Below, piece after piece: positions 39,835 through 49,107 of a stretch of 57,750 nucleotides of DNA. This DNA is from Clostridia bacterium. GTDB taxonomy: Bacteria > Bacillota > DUMD01. Every line of letters starts with the position of its first letter. Position 1 is the first letter of the stretch. The notes under the pieces were generated by a model. That model was given only the letters and a program-made list of their open reading frames with translations, was not told the origin of the DNA and made no database searches. The position numbers were made by a program, and so were the translations under genes. The stretch is taken from NCBI GenBank assembly GCA_012840065.1, contig DUMD01000024.1, forward strand, positions 1 through 57,750, written 5' to 3'.

Positions 39835-40977
39835 TTATCTAATCCGTTTAAATGCACCATTTTCTACTTTTAAAATCAGAATATCTTTTACAGCATCACC
39901 ATTTTCGGTAAATGAAGTTTTACCTGTAATGCCAGGGAAATCTTTGGTTTTAGCCAATTCAGCCTGAATAGCTGCTGGATCTGTTGTACCTGCCTTTTTA
40001 ATTGCTTCAATAAGAATCATAGCTGCATCATAAGCCTGAGCTGCAAACATATCAGGATCTTCATTAAATTTAGCTTTGTAAGCAGCTACAAATTTTTGAA
40101 CGTTTTCATCAGGGTCTTTATCATAAAATCCTGCGGTAAAGATAACACCTTCAACAGCATCTCCGCCAAGTTCTAAAAGTTTAGGAGAATAGAATCCGTC
40201 GCCACCAAGGAAGATCACTTCTAAACCTTTTTGTTTTGCTTGTTGAGCAATTTTAGCAGCTTCTGTATAATAACCACCAACATAAATTGCTTGCGGTTTT
40301 TGGGCAGCTATTTTAGTAATCTGAGCACTGAAATCATTGTCACCATCCACATAACTTTCCACTACCAAAGGTTCTTTATCTAAGCTTTTCAATGTTTCGA
40401 CAAAAGTGTCCTTTAATGCTTCACCGTAATCATTTTTAGTATATAGCACTGCAAATTTATCTAAGTTAAGCTCTTTTACTGCATATTCCGCTAATTGAGC
40501 AGCTTGAACCTGGTCAGCAATACAATTGCGGAAAATAAAAGGACCTACATCAGGGACGCCAGGCGCTGTAGCGGAAGAAGAAATCATAGGAATTCCCGCA
40601 TCATTAGCAATTGGAGCAGCTGCAAGTGTTTCTGAACTTAGAACTGCACCTATAATAGCAGATACATTATCTTGAGAAATTAATTTTTGAGTTGCATTAG
40701 CTGCTTCAGCTTGATCGCCTTTAGAATCTTGAGGAATTAAAGTAATTTTCTTTCCGTTAATACCACCACTATTATTTATTTCCTCAATTGCAATTTCAAC
40801 ACCGTTTTTAGTACTTACACCATAGGTTGCTGTATCCCCGGAAAGAGGACCTACCGTACCGATTTTAATTGTTTCTTCATCTTGTTTGGAAGTTTCTCCC
40901 TGCTGGCCACAGCCAGTGAAAACTAAAACAACCATTAGTAATAAAGATATCCATACTAGTTTTCTAAGCTTTTGCAT
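39835..40977 (-). CDS. livJ: Branched-chain amino acid ABC substrate-binding lipoprotein LivJ/K-like (set 1)
   Basis: Lipobox FTGCG; periplasmic-binding type I pattern IKIGTVGPLSGDTATYG. Confidence 0.9.
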   Translation of the reverse strand: MQKLRKLVWISLLLMVVLVFTGCGQQGETSKQDEETIKIGTVGPLSGDTATYGVSTKNGVEIAIEEINNSGGINGKKITLIPQDSKGDQAEAANATQKLISQDNVSAIIGAVLSSETLAAAPIANDAGIPMISSSATAPGVPDVGPFIFRNCIADQVQAAQLAEYAVKELNLDKFAVLYTKNDYGEALKDTFVETLKSLDKEPLVVESYVDGDNDFSAQITKIAAQKPQAIYVGGYYTEAAKIAQQAKQKGLEVIFLGGDGFYSPKLLELGGDAVEGVIFTAGFYDKDPDENVQKFVAAYKAKFNEDPDMFAAQAYDAAMILIEAIKKAGTTDPAAIQAELAKTKDFPGITGKTSFTENGDAVKDILILKVENGAFKRIR

Positions 40978-41122
40978 TAAAAATTACCTCCTTTTCTCTG
41001 TATAATTATTAATAATGGTGGCAAATTAATTACATATTATAACTATTTCACCTCGCTTTCGGCAATAGGTTAAAATTATTTAATATTGTAGCATATTAAT
41101 CTACTTACTAAAAGTAGATTAA

Positions 41123-41986
41123 TCAATTGTTAGTTTCTAAATTTCTCCTTTTTCTTGTTGATAACATTTTTGTTAAACTAACCCCACCTAATAAACCATT
41201 GGGACGGAATATCATCAGGAATATTAAAACTACACCATAAAATAGCATTCGATAATCCTGAACAAAGCGTAGCATTTCAGGAACTACAGTTAAAATTAAT
41301 GCTCCCAAGACTGAGCCTGGAATACTTCCCATTCCTCCTAAAACAACCATATTTAATATTTCTATTGATTTAAGAAAACCAAAATCCGTTGGATTTATAT
41401 AAGTAAGATAGTGAGCATACAACCCCCCGCCTAAACCAGCTAAAAAAGAACCAATAGCAAAAGCCATTATCTTATAGCGGGTAATCGGTATGCCTGTTGC
41501 TTCAGCAGCTATTTCATCTTCCCTTATCGCCTGAAACGCCCTACCAACTCTAGAATTAATCAAACGGATTAAAGCAAAGACAACAACTATAACTAGAACA
41601 TAAACGTTATAAACATTAGCTTTTTGAGGTATACCAGCCAACCCAAGAGCTTTACCCGCACTCTCCATATTTAATAAAACTACTTTTGTAATTTCCGCAA
41701 AGCCTAAAGTTGTAATAGCTAAATAATCACCACTCAATCTTAAAGTAGGAAAACCAAGTATTATTCCAAAAAATGCAGCCATAAAAGCACCACTAAGTAA
41801 AACTACCGCAAAAGGAAGCTGATACTTAAGGGATAAAATAGCAGAAGTATATGCACCAATGCTCATAAAAGCTGCATGTCCTAGGGACAACTGTCCTGTA
41901 ATCCCAGTAATAAGGTTTAGCCCAAGAGCTAATATAGTATTTATTCCCACAACTACTAGTACTTGTAAATAATAAGCATTAAACAT
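41123..41986 (-). CDS. livM: Branched-chain amino acid ABC permease LivM (set 2)
   Basis: NLITGITGQLSLGHAAFMSIGAYT; paralogue of 38013-38858. Confidence 0.9.
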   Translation of the reverse strand: MFNAYYLQVLVVVGINTILALGLNLITGITGQLSLGHAAFMSIGAYTSAILSLKYQLPFAVVLLSGAFMAAFFGIILGFPTLRLSGDYLAITTLGFAEITKVVLLNMESAGKALGLAGIPQKANVYNVYVLVIVVVFALIRLINSRVGRAFQAIREDEIAAEATGIPITRYKIMAFAIGSFLAGLGGGLYAHYLTYINPTDFGFLKSIEILNMVVLGGMGSIPGSVLGALILTVVPEMLRFVQDYRMLFYGVVLIFLMIFRPNGLLGGVSLTKMLSTRKRRNLETNN

Positions 41987-41992
41987 CTTTTA

Positions 41993-42865
41993 CTACACCT
42001 TCTTTTGAATAGGCTTTCCTAATAACCCCGTTGGTTTAATTAATAATACTAAAATAAGAATACTAAAAGCGATAGCATCCCGATAAGAAGATGATAAATA
42101 TGCTACCCCGAAAACCTCGGCAATACCTAAAAACAAACCACCTAAAACAGCCCCTGGAATACTGCCGATACCTCCTAACACTGCTGCTGAAAAGGCTTTC
42201 ATTCCTGCCATCATTCCCATAGTAGGAAAAACCGCATTAAAATAAATACCTACTAAAACTCCTCCCGCAGCTGCCAAAGCAGAACCTAGAGCAAAAGTCA
42301 GCGAAATAATTTTTTCTACAGATATCCCCATTAAACGAGCTGCATCCTGATCTTGGGCACAGGCACGCATCGCTTTTCCAACCTTAGTTTTCTGCACTAT
42401 TAAATGAAGAGCTATCATTAAAATAGCAGAAATAATCATGATTAAAATTTGTAAATTAGAAATTTTCGCTGGTCCCACCTGATATAAAACTATTTTAAAC
42501 ATCTGAGGATAACTGGTTGTCTGAGGCCCCCTAATTAAAACCACCAAAGTAGATAAAAATATAGATACCCCAATTGCACTTATCAAAGCTGACAATCTTG
42601 AAGAACCTTGTAGTGGACGGTATGCTATTCTTTCTATTAAAACCCCGAGCAACATACAGCAGATCATAGCCCCTAAAATAGCTAGAGCAATATTGGCTCC
42701 AAACATATTTACAAATATTAGTCCGGTAAATGCACCAACCATATATACTTCTCCATGGGCAAAGTTAATTAACTGGATAATTCCATAGACCATAGTATAG
42801 CCAAGTGCGATTAAAGCATAAGTACTGCCAAGAGTAATACCATTAATGAGCTGCTGTAAAAACAT
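41993..42865 (-). CDS. livH: Branched-chain amino acid ABC permease LivH (set 2)
   Basis: MFLQQLINGITLGSTYALIALGYTMVYG...NFAHGE; paralogue of 38884-39756. Confidence 0.93.
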   Translation of the reverse strand: MFLQQLINGITLGSTYALIALGYTMVYGIIQLINFAHGEVYMVGAFTGLIFVNMFGANIALAILGAMICCMLLGVLIERIAYRPLQGSSRLSALISAIGVSIFLSTLVVLIRGPQTTSYPQMFKIVLYQVGPAKISNLQILIMIISAILMIALHLIVQKTKVGKAMRACAQDQDAARLMGISVEKIISLTFALGSALAAAGGVLVGIYFNAVFPTMGMMAGMKAFSAAVLGGIGSIPGAVLGGLFLGIAEVFGVAYLSSSYRDAIAFSILILVLLIKPTGLLGKPIQKKV

Positions 42866-42940
42866 TTTATCTCCTCCAAAGTGAATTAAAAAGATAGCAG
42901 CATAGCAGTCGAAGCATTTTGCTGCTATCCAATTTTAAGC

Positions 42941-44113
42941 CTATTGTTCTAGCTTAACCGGAAGTTTAGCCTGTAAAGTAAATTTACCATCTTTTACAGT
43001 TAAAAGATATACTGGACTCTTTATAGGTTCCCGGTTTTCTCTGAAAGTAGTAACACCGGAAACTCCGGGAAAATTTTTAGTTTGGGCTAATGCATCTCTA
43101 AATACTTTAGGATCTATACTATTAGCTTTTTCCATTGCAGCGGCTAAAATTTTAACCGCATCATACCCCTGAGCCACAAACATATCCGGTTCTTCATTAT
43201 ATTTTCCCTTTACAGCCTCGATAAATTTTTGGGTTTCGGCTGTTGGTTGATCAGGTGAAAAACCACAGTACACAAACGAACCCTCAACTGCATCGCCGCC
43301 CAGTTTAATCAAGTCAGGAGAAAGACAACCATCGCCAGCAACCATCTTTGCCTCTAGTCCTTGCCTACGGGCTTCTTGTAAGAATAATGCCGCTTCAGTA
43401 TAATAACCTGTAAAAATGATAACTTCCGGATTAGCCTCTTTAATCTTAGTTACCTGCGCACTAAAATCCGTATCCCCATCCTGAATACTTTCTTCAATGA
43501 CAATCTCTCCACCAAGCTCTTTTATAGCTTTAGCAAAAATTTTACTCAATCCCACACTAAAATCATTATTCAGTGATGTAACTAAAGCCGCTTTATCCCA
43601 TTTTAATTCTTCAATAACATATTTTGCCGTGATAGGAGCAGCAACTGAATCGAGCAAAGTATTTCTAAAAATATAATCGCCTATTTCTACAACTCCTTCC
43701 CCGGCTGCACCTGCCGATAAAAGAACAACCTGATTAGACTGGGCAATCGGTGCCGCAACCTTAGTCCCACCGGTGGTAGGGTCTCCAATAACAGCAACAA
43801 CCTTATCCTTAGTTATAAATTTCTGCATTATATTAGCAATTTCAGTGCGGTCGCCTCTATTATCAGCTTCAATTATTTCAATTTTCTTTCCTAATACACC
43901 GCCGGCATTGTTTATCTCTTCCGCCGCCAACTTCATTCCTTTTAAAGTATTAATCCCATAAGTAGCAACATTTCCGGTTTTTGCTCCTAAAAAGCCAATT
44001 TTTATTGTATCGCCTGTACTACCATTTTCTGATGGCTGAGAAGAACATCCACTTATTAGACCTATTAACAATACTGCAATTAAAAAAATACCTCCTAATT
44101 TTTTTCCTTTCAT
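42941..44113 (-). CDS. livJ: Branched-chain amino acid ABC substrate-binding lipoprotein (set 2)
   Basis: Lipobox ISGCS; IKIGFLGAKTGNVATYG; same fold pattern as set 1 but clearly diverged. Confidence 0.9.
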   Translation of the reverse strand: MKGKKLGGIFLIAVLLIGLISGCSSQPSENGSTGDTIKIGFLGAKTGNVATYGINTLKGMKLAAEEINNAGGVLGKKIEIIEADNRGDRTEIANIMQKFITKDKVVAVIGDPTTGGTKVAAPIAQSNQVVLLSAGAAGEGVVEIGDYIFRNTLLDSVAAPITAKYVIEELKWDKAALVTSLNNDFSVGLSKIFAKAIKELGGEIVIEESIQDGDTDFSAQVTKIKEANPEVIIFTGYYTEAALFLQEARRQGLEAKMVAGDGCLSPDLIKLGGDAVEGSFVYCGFSPDQPTAETQKFIEAVKGKYNEEPDMFVAQGYDAVKILAAAMEKANSIDPKVFRDALAQTKNFPGVSGVTTFRENREPIKSPVYLLTVKDGKFTLQAKLPVKLEQ

Positions 44114-44282
44114 CTCGCCCTATTCTCCTTTCCCTAACTCAAAAAAATTGCTCTAAAACTAAGAGCATTTTTGTAAAACACAAAAAGTTATATCTCTCTT
44201 TTATTCGTCTTTTTATTAAAAATTCCTGCATGATTATAGAAAAAACCCAAAATGTTTTTAAGGAAAAGATTTTTGTCTTTAC

Positions 44283-44972
44283 TCAATAGACTAAAAATTC
44301 ATACCCACAATTATTACATCTTTGGCTGTAGCCCTTAGTATCTTCCGTTAAAAATTGCCTGCCAATCTGTTCCACCTCATCCTCACCGCAGCATGGACAA
44401 TAAAAATCCCAACAAATTCCCCATTCTTCATATGAAATCTTTTTTATTTTCGGCGGTTGTTCAGGTCTTCCTCCAAAATAATGATAGTAAAGCCAATTGT
44501 TCAGATTAATTTTCTGTTGTCGGCAGTTAAAAAGCCTGCAGGATGTAGGTTTAACAGGATGAATGATACACTTATGCGACCTATCATCCCAGAATATACA
44601 ATGTCCCCCGGCAGCAGTTATCTGTGAAACCACAAAGGGGTATTTATCTTGAGAACAATAAATTTTTTGAGAGTCTTCCCGATAGAAATCCCCATTTTTA
44701 TTAGAAAGAGGAACAAGGCGTTTACCTTCCTTAGAAATAACTGCCGGCGTCCAAAACCAGTATTTCTCCCCAAAAGGCTGCCTATAATCCATAACTAAGT
44801 ACTTACTTGTTAAAGCACTTTCATCAATTCCTAAAAAACGAGCTAATTTTTGAATAGCTTCATCATCGCCGGGCAAAAAGAAACCTGGCAAATTCCGACA
44901 GCATTTGCCGCATCTATTACACTCAAAACTTTCCTGTAACTTAAAAACAGATTCTAAGTTTAAATCAAACAT
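44283..44972 (-). CDS. YkgJ-family (CxxCxxCC) zinc/iron-chelating Cys-cluster protein with additional C-terminal zinc-ribbon
   Basis: N-terminal CNRCGKCC motif, central HCIFWD...CIIHPVKPTSCRLFNC, C-terminal CPCCG...CNNCG. Confidence 0.65.
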   Translation of the reverse strand: MFDLNLESVFKLQESFECNRCGKCCRNLPGFFLPGDDEAIQKLARFLGIDESALTSKYLVMDYRQPFGEKYWFWTPAVISKEGKRLVPLSNKNGDFYREDSQKIYCSQDKYPFVVSQITAAGGHCIFWDDRSHKCIIHPVKPTSCRLFNCRQQKINLNNWLYYHYFGGRPEQPPKIKKISYEEWGICWDFYCPCCGEDEVEQIGRQFLTEDTKGYSQRCNNCGYEFLVY

Positions 44973-44993
44973 AAAATCTTCTACCCTTCTGGC

Positions 44994-45827
44994 CTAAATT
45001 AAATTTAATATTTTTGCCGCATTTCTGCCTAAAATCTTCTTCTTACTTTCCTCTGATAGAGGCAATTGTCTAATTGTTTTTATATTCTCCGCAATATCAG
45101 GCATACCAGGCCAGTCTGAACCAAAAATTATTTTATCAGCATTTCTTTCGAATTCTGGGAAATAGGTTAATAATTTTTGAGGTGGTAAGCCAGATATTTC
45201 CATAAAAACATTTTCATGAAGTTTAGCCAAGAAAAAAGCCCGGTCATACCAAAAACCTCTCCCGCTATGCACAATAATAATTTTTAGATCAGGAAAATCT
45301 ACAGCAACATCGTCCAAATAAAGAGGATCACCATATTTTAAACGAGAACCTTTAAATATTGAGGAGCCCATGTGCAGCATAACCGGTATTTGATACTCTT
45401 CAGCAACTGCATAAATAGGATAGATAGAAGAATCATTAGGATAATAATGTTGATAAGTAGGATATAGTTTCAGCCCCTTAAATCCATATTGCGTAATTAA
45501 ACGTTTAAGCTCTTTAGCCGGATTAGGCAACAAAAAGGGATTTATACTGGCAAAAGGAATCAACTCTTCATAATCTGAACAAAACTCTGCTACTTTCTCA
45601 TTAGTTATAATCCCCGTAGTTATGGGACTTTGCTCTGCCAAAACAACTCCGTAATCAACTCCAGATTCTTTTAAATGCTGAACAAATTTTGCTGGATCAG
45701 AATAAGTATCTAAGCTCAATCTAGGTTGTTTTTGATATGAACTGTTAATCCATTCCATAACCCAAGGTTGAACCGGGTCATATTCGCTCATAATATGGAT
45801 ATGGAAATCTATCACCAAATCTTTCAT
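44994..45827 (-). CDS. Amidohydrolase_2 (TIM-barrel metal-dependent hydrolase/decarboxylase) family protein
   Basis: DFHIHIMS (HxH), ...MLHMGSS..., IIIVHSGRG, FGSDWPG metal-ligand pattern. Confidence 0.78.
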   Translation of the reverse strand: MKDLVIDFHIHIMSEYDPVQPWVMEWINSSYQKQPRLSLDTYSDPAKFVQHLKESGVDYGVVLAEQSPITTGIITNEKVAEFCSDYEELIPFASINPFLLPNPAKELKRLITQYGFKGLKLYPTYQHYYPNDSSIYPIYAVAEEYQIPVMLHMGSSIFKGSRLKYGDPLYLDDVAVDFPDLKIIIVHSGRGFWYDRAFFLAKLHENVFMEISGLPPQKLLTYFPEFERNADKIIFGSDWPGMPDIAENIKTIRQLPLSEESKKKILGRNAAKILNLI

Positions 45828-45865
45828 AATCTAAGCCTCCTTTATTTTCCCAATAATTAGTGCGT

Positions 45866-46267
45866 TTACAAATAATATCCGCAGGAAGTACTATCAAAAG
45901 CTCCTTTTATTAATTCTATCAATTCATTACCCGGCAACTGCTGAGGTGAGGAAACTATACTAATTACATCAAAGCGGCAATTGACATCCTTTAAACCTTT
46001 TTCCTTGATATAATTAAGAGAAGTCTGGATTATTTTTCTTTTTTTCAAGCCAGTAATAGCTTCTGAAGGGTAACTAAAAGCTAAACTACTCCTTGTTTTT
46101 ACCTCAATAAACACCAAACATTTTTTATCATAAGCGATCAAATCAATTTCCCCATATTTGCAGCGATAATTCCTATCCACAATTTTATATCCCTTTTGCT
46201 TTAAAAAACCTTCAGCTAAAGATTCTCCATATCTACCAAAAAAATTTTTAGACAAATTATCACCCAC
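45866..46267 (-). CDS. yraN: YraN family (UPF0102) endonuclease-like protein
   Basis: GESLAEGFLKQKGYKIVDRNYRCKYGEIDLIAYDKKCLVFIEVKTR canonical motif; GTG start abuts the stop of the HD-GYP gene. Confidence 0.88.
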   Translation of the reverse strand: MGDNLSKNFFGRYGESLAEGFLKQKGYKIVDRNYRCKYGEIDLIAYDKKCLVFIEVKTRSSLAFSYPSEAITGLKKRKIIQTSLNYIKEKGLKDVNCRFDVISIVSSPQQLPGNELIELIKGAFDSTSCGYYL

Positions 46268-47317
46268 CTATATTTCAATCACCTCAGTAATAAGCACATT
46301 TAAGTGCTTAGTCAAATCAATTTCTTCTTCACTATCAATGATTCTCACAATCGGTCTGGAATTAGCGCCTCTATTTTGATCAACAACTATTCCTACTTGT
46401 CCCGTAGTAAGTCGCACAATTGATCCATTAGGATAGAGAGCAATGTTTCTCAGAAAAGTAGTTACTATCTTTTCCTCCAAATGGGTTCCACTACTGGCCA
46501 TAATAATTTCAGCCGCTTCGTGCGGTAAAATTCCCTTTCGATATGGTCTATCCGTTACTAAGGCATCATAAACGTCGGTTAAAGCAACAATTTTAGCAAA
46601 TTCATGAATATCTTTACCACTAAGACTTCGAGGATATCCTGTTCCATCTACGTGCTCATGATGCTGGTAAGCAACATGAGCAACTAAACTGCTAATTTCA
46701 TCATGCTGTCGAATAATATTAAATCCTTCTTCAGGGTGGGTCTTTATCAGCTCAAATTCTTCTTTAGTTAAAGTACCAGGTTTATTAATCAATTCTTTAG
46801 GAATTTTACACTTTCCCACATCGTGAAGTATGGCACCTAAAGCTAAATCCCTTAACCTTAGTTGATTATATCCTAAGGCAATACCAATAACTGTAGACAT
46901 CACGCAAACATTTACACTATGTCCGTAAGTATACTCATCTACCGCTCTAATATCGGATAATCCTATAAGCACACCCTTATTATACAGAATCTCATCAACA
47001 ATATCATTAACTATTTTTTTTATTTGTTTAAGGTCTTTGCTAGTTAATTTACCATTTAACTGAACGTTCTTTAAACTTTCTCTCATTATTCTTACTGACT
47101 CAATGCGGGTTGTTTCTTGAACTAAATCCGGAACCACAATTCCTTCCGATATACTATCTTCAATATATACATACGGTATTCCAAAATCCTTCAGTCTTTT
47201 AATATACCTCTCTTTAAGCTGGATTCCCGCACTTAAAAGCACTGTTCCATCTGCCCCGTATATGGTTTTAGCCAGTTTTTCGCCTGGTTTAACCAAAGCC
47301 ATTGCAACCTTTCTCAT
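46268..47317 (-). CDS. HD-GYP domain protein (putative c-di-GMP phosphodiesterase)
   Basis: HSVNV...LHDVGK...HPEEG...HHEHVDGTGYP...DVYDALVTDRPYR; N-terminal ~120-aa uncharacterised domain. Confidence 0.88.
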   Translation of the reverse strand: MRKVAMALVKPGEKLAKTIYGADGTVLLSAGIQLKERYIKRLKDFGIPYVYIEDSISEGIVVPDLVQETTRIESVRIMRESLKNVQLNGKLTSKDLKQIKKIVNDIVDEILYNKGVLIGLSDIRAVDEYTYGHSVNVCVMSTVIGIALGYNQLRLRDLALGAILHDVGKCKIPKELINKPGTLTKEEFELIKTHPEEGFNIIRQHDEISSLVAHVAYQHHEHVDGTGYPRSLSGKDIHEFAKIVALTDVYDALVTDRPYRKGILPHEAAEIIMASSGTHLEEKIVTTFLRNIALYPNGSIVRLTTGQVGIVVDQNRGANSRPIVRIIDSEEEIDLTKHLNVLITEVIEI

Positions 47318-47340
47318 TTCCTACCCTCCGCAAACAAAAA

Positions 47341-47631
47341 CTAGTCTGTTTTATCTTTTAGCCCGTCCTCTAGGGTAAAAATAAAACTAAATATTTCAGC
47401 AATAACCCGGTAAAACTCAGGTGGCACTTCCTCACCTAATTGAAGTTTTAATAATTTATCAACTAATTCTTTATCTTTATGTACTGTAATTCCATATTCT
47501 TCAGCAATACTAATAATTTTTTCTGCTATGATCCCTTTACCTAAAGCAACAACCCTTGGTGCATTATCAGTCTCAGAATCATAGGACAATGCCACTGCTT
47601 TACGATAAAATGATTGATTATCATTAGTCAT
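47341..47631 (-). CDS. FlhB C-terminal-domain-like protein (EscU/YscU/HrcU switch-domain family, YlqH-like)
   Basis: 96 aa. KAVALSYDSETDNAPRVVALGKGIIAEKIISIAEEYGITVHKDKELVDKLL...EVPPEFYRVIAEIFSFIF aligns by eye to the FlhB segment immediately after the NPTH autocleavage site. No TM region and no NPTH. Confidence 0.85.
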   Translation of the reverse strand: MTNDNQSFYRKAVALSYDSETDNAPRVVALGKGIIAEKIISIAEEYGITVHKDKELVDKLLKLQLGEEVPPEFYRVIAEIFSFIFTLEDGLKDKTD

Positions 47632-47667
47632 TTTCTCGACCTCTTTGACTCAATTTTGACTTAATAA

Positions 47668-49107
47668 TTAAACCGAAAGATCAATCCAATTATACTGTAT
47701 TTTATCCGGGTCATCTAGCCTTTTCTCAAGACCATCTGAAAATTTCATTTCTGTACAATAAATTTTATTGTTAAAATAACCAAGCTTATTAAAAACGCTG
47801 TTTAAACCAGGCAATGATTGTCTTAACAATTCCAGATATTCTTTATTTTTTAAACCAAAATGAATTATAAGCTCTTTTTGATCATTACAACTAATATTTA
47901 TTTGTATAAACCCCAATCTATCTAATTCTAGTTGCATAGTCACCCTAAAAACATTTTGCTGTCCACTGTTTTTAATCCTTTTTTTAAATTTCAACTCTAT
48001 TTTTGCTTCTCTTTCCTTAAATTCATAATAAAATGGGATAACAAACACAAGCTGATTCCAATCATCTTTGATTCCTGTTTTTAATGGAGGAAGATTAATC
48101 AATTTTTGGGCAAATAAATGTTCGATAATTTGTTTGATTATTTTTTCTGAAGCTTGTTCTTGCTCTGGATTGCTCATTTTCCAAACTGCCGAGGTTTCAT
48201 TTAAAACATCAATAAGAACAGATAACAACTGTTTTTCTACCTGTTTTTCTACCTGTTTTTCTACCTGCTTTTCTACCCTTCTTTCCCTCTCCATCAAATT
48301 TTGAATTTCACTAACAGTCTGATCTTCATTAGAAATAATCCCTAATATCTTTAGTTTAGTCTTAAAATTTTCTGCCTTTGGCTCGAAGGTATCGATCAAT
48401 TCTTTTAAAAGCCAGTTGAGTTCATCCATTGCAGAATTATTTTTTACTTTATCTATCTGTGATTCTAAAAATAAGACCTTCTTAAGCACAGCTAACGATG
48501 AAGCCAGATTGGTTTTATTATTTTTAACTTCGTTTATTAAGCTAAGCAACTTACTATTTAAAGGTATTCCTCTTTCTTGGCAGAAAGCCAAAGTTTGAAT
48601 TAATTCTTTCAAATAACTGTCGTCATGCCTACTGTTTTTAACAGCACAACGGGCAACTAGTGATATGTTGTCCCTCATTAAAGGCATTTTACTATTGTAC
48701 ATCAACTCCACTATTTTTTTAGTTAAATCATTGTCAGGCAAATCCAAAGTTTTAAGAACCTGGTTAAAATCACTTTGCCCCCTAGTGTTTTTCAGAAAAT
48801 CAAGCGCAGAATTATTAGCCTGCCCAAGTCCCAAGTCATCTAATATCCGCACCATAACCTGACCTTGCCGGTTAATACCAGTAACGATAGCAAAAAACTT
48901 CTTACCGGGAAAAAAGTCTTTTCCTTCAATAAATCCAGTTACTTGGGCAGAAAATACCAACCCTTTCAAACTTAAAAGAATTTTTTCACCTTCAACCTCT
49001 AAAATAGTTAAGGATACCGGCTGGTTTACATATTTAAAAAGAAGGTCATAATTATCTGTTGAATTGAAAATCTGGCCGGTAAAAACTAAATTCAGTGAAT
49101 TTATCAT
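47668..49107 (-). CDS. FliK-like (flagellar hook-length control, Flg_hook-type C-terminal domain) protein
   Basis: 479 aa. The C-terminal ...RVTMQLELDRLGFIQINISCNDQKELIIHFGLKNKEYLELLRQSLPGLNSVFNKLGY matches the L.L.P..LG.v.v.i...l.v.f......l...l..L...L...G pattern; internal (VEKQ)4 repeat. Confidence 0.6.
   Translation of the reverse strand: MINSLNLVFTGQIFNSTDNYDLLFKYVNQPVSLTILEVEGEKILLSLKGLVFSAQVTGFIEGKDFFPGKKFFAIVTGINRQGQVMVRILDDLGLGQANNSALDFLKNTRGQSDFNQVLKTLDLPDNDLTKKIVELMYNSKMPLMRDNISLVARCAVKNSRHDDSYLKELIQTLAFCQERGIPLNSKLLSLINEVKNNKTNLASSLAVLKKVLFLESQIDKVKNNSAMDELNWLLKELIDTFEPKAENFKTKLKILGIISNEDQTVSEIQNLMERERRVEKQVEKQVEKQVEKQLLSVLIDVLNETSAVWKMSNPEQEQASEKIIKQIIEHLFAQKLINLPPLKTGIKDDWNQLVFVIPFYYEFKEREAKIELKFKKRIKNSGQQNVFRVTMQLELDRLGFIQINISCNDQKELIIHFGLKNKEYLELLRQSLPGLNSVFNKLGYFNNKIYCTEMKFSDGLEKRLDDPDKIQYNWIDLSV
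48229..48276 (-). repeat. In-frame 12-nt tandem repeat x4 (CTGTTTTTCTAC; last unit has 1 mismatch) encoding (VEKQ)4
   Basis: Read directly: ctgtttttctac ctgtttttctac ctgtttttctac ctgcttttctac. Confidence 0.95.

Noticed and set aside
40978-44282. Looked for T-box leaders or CodY boxes (AATTTTCWGAAAATT) upstream of the two livJ genes.
   Set aside because: No T-box specifier or antiterminator elements. The only AT-rich partial CodY-box matches have 4 or more mismatches, indistinguishable from background in this AT-rich DNA.
48229-48276. Short regularly spaced repeats that might suggest a CRISPR-like array.
   Set aside because: The units are contiguous 12-mers without spacers, lie in frame inside a coding region, and there are no cas genes. 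This is a coding tandem repeat.
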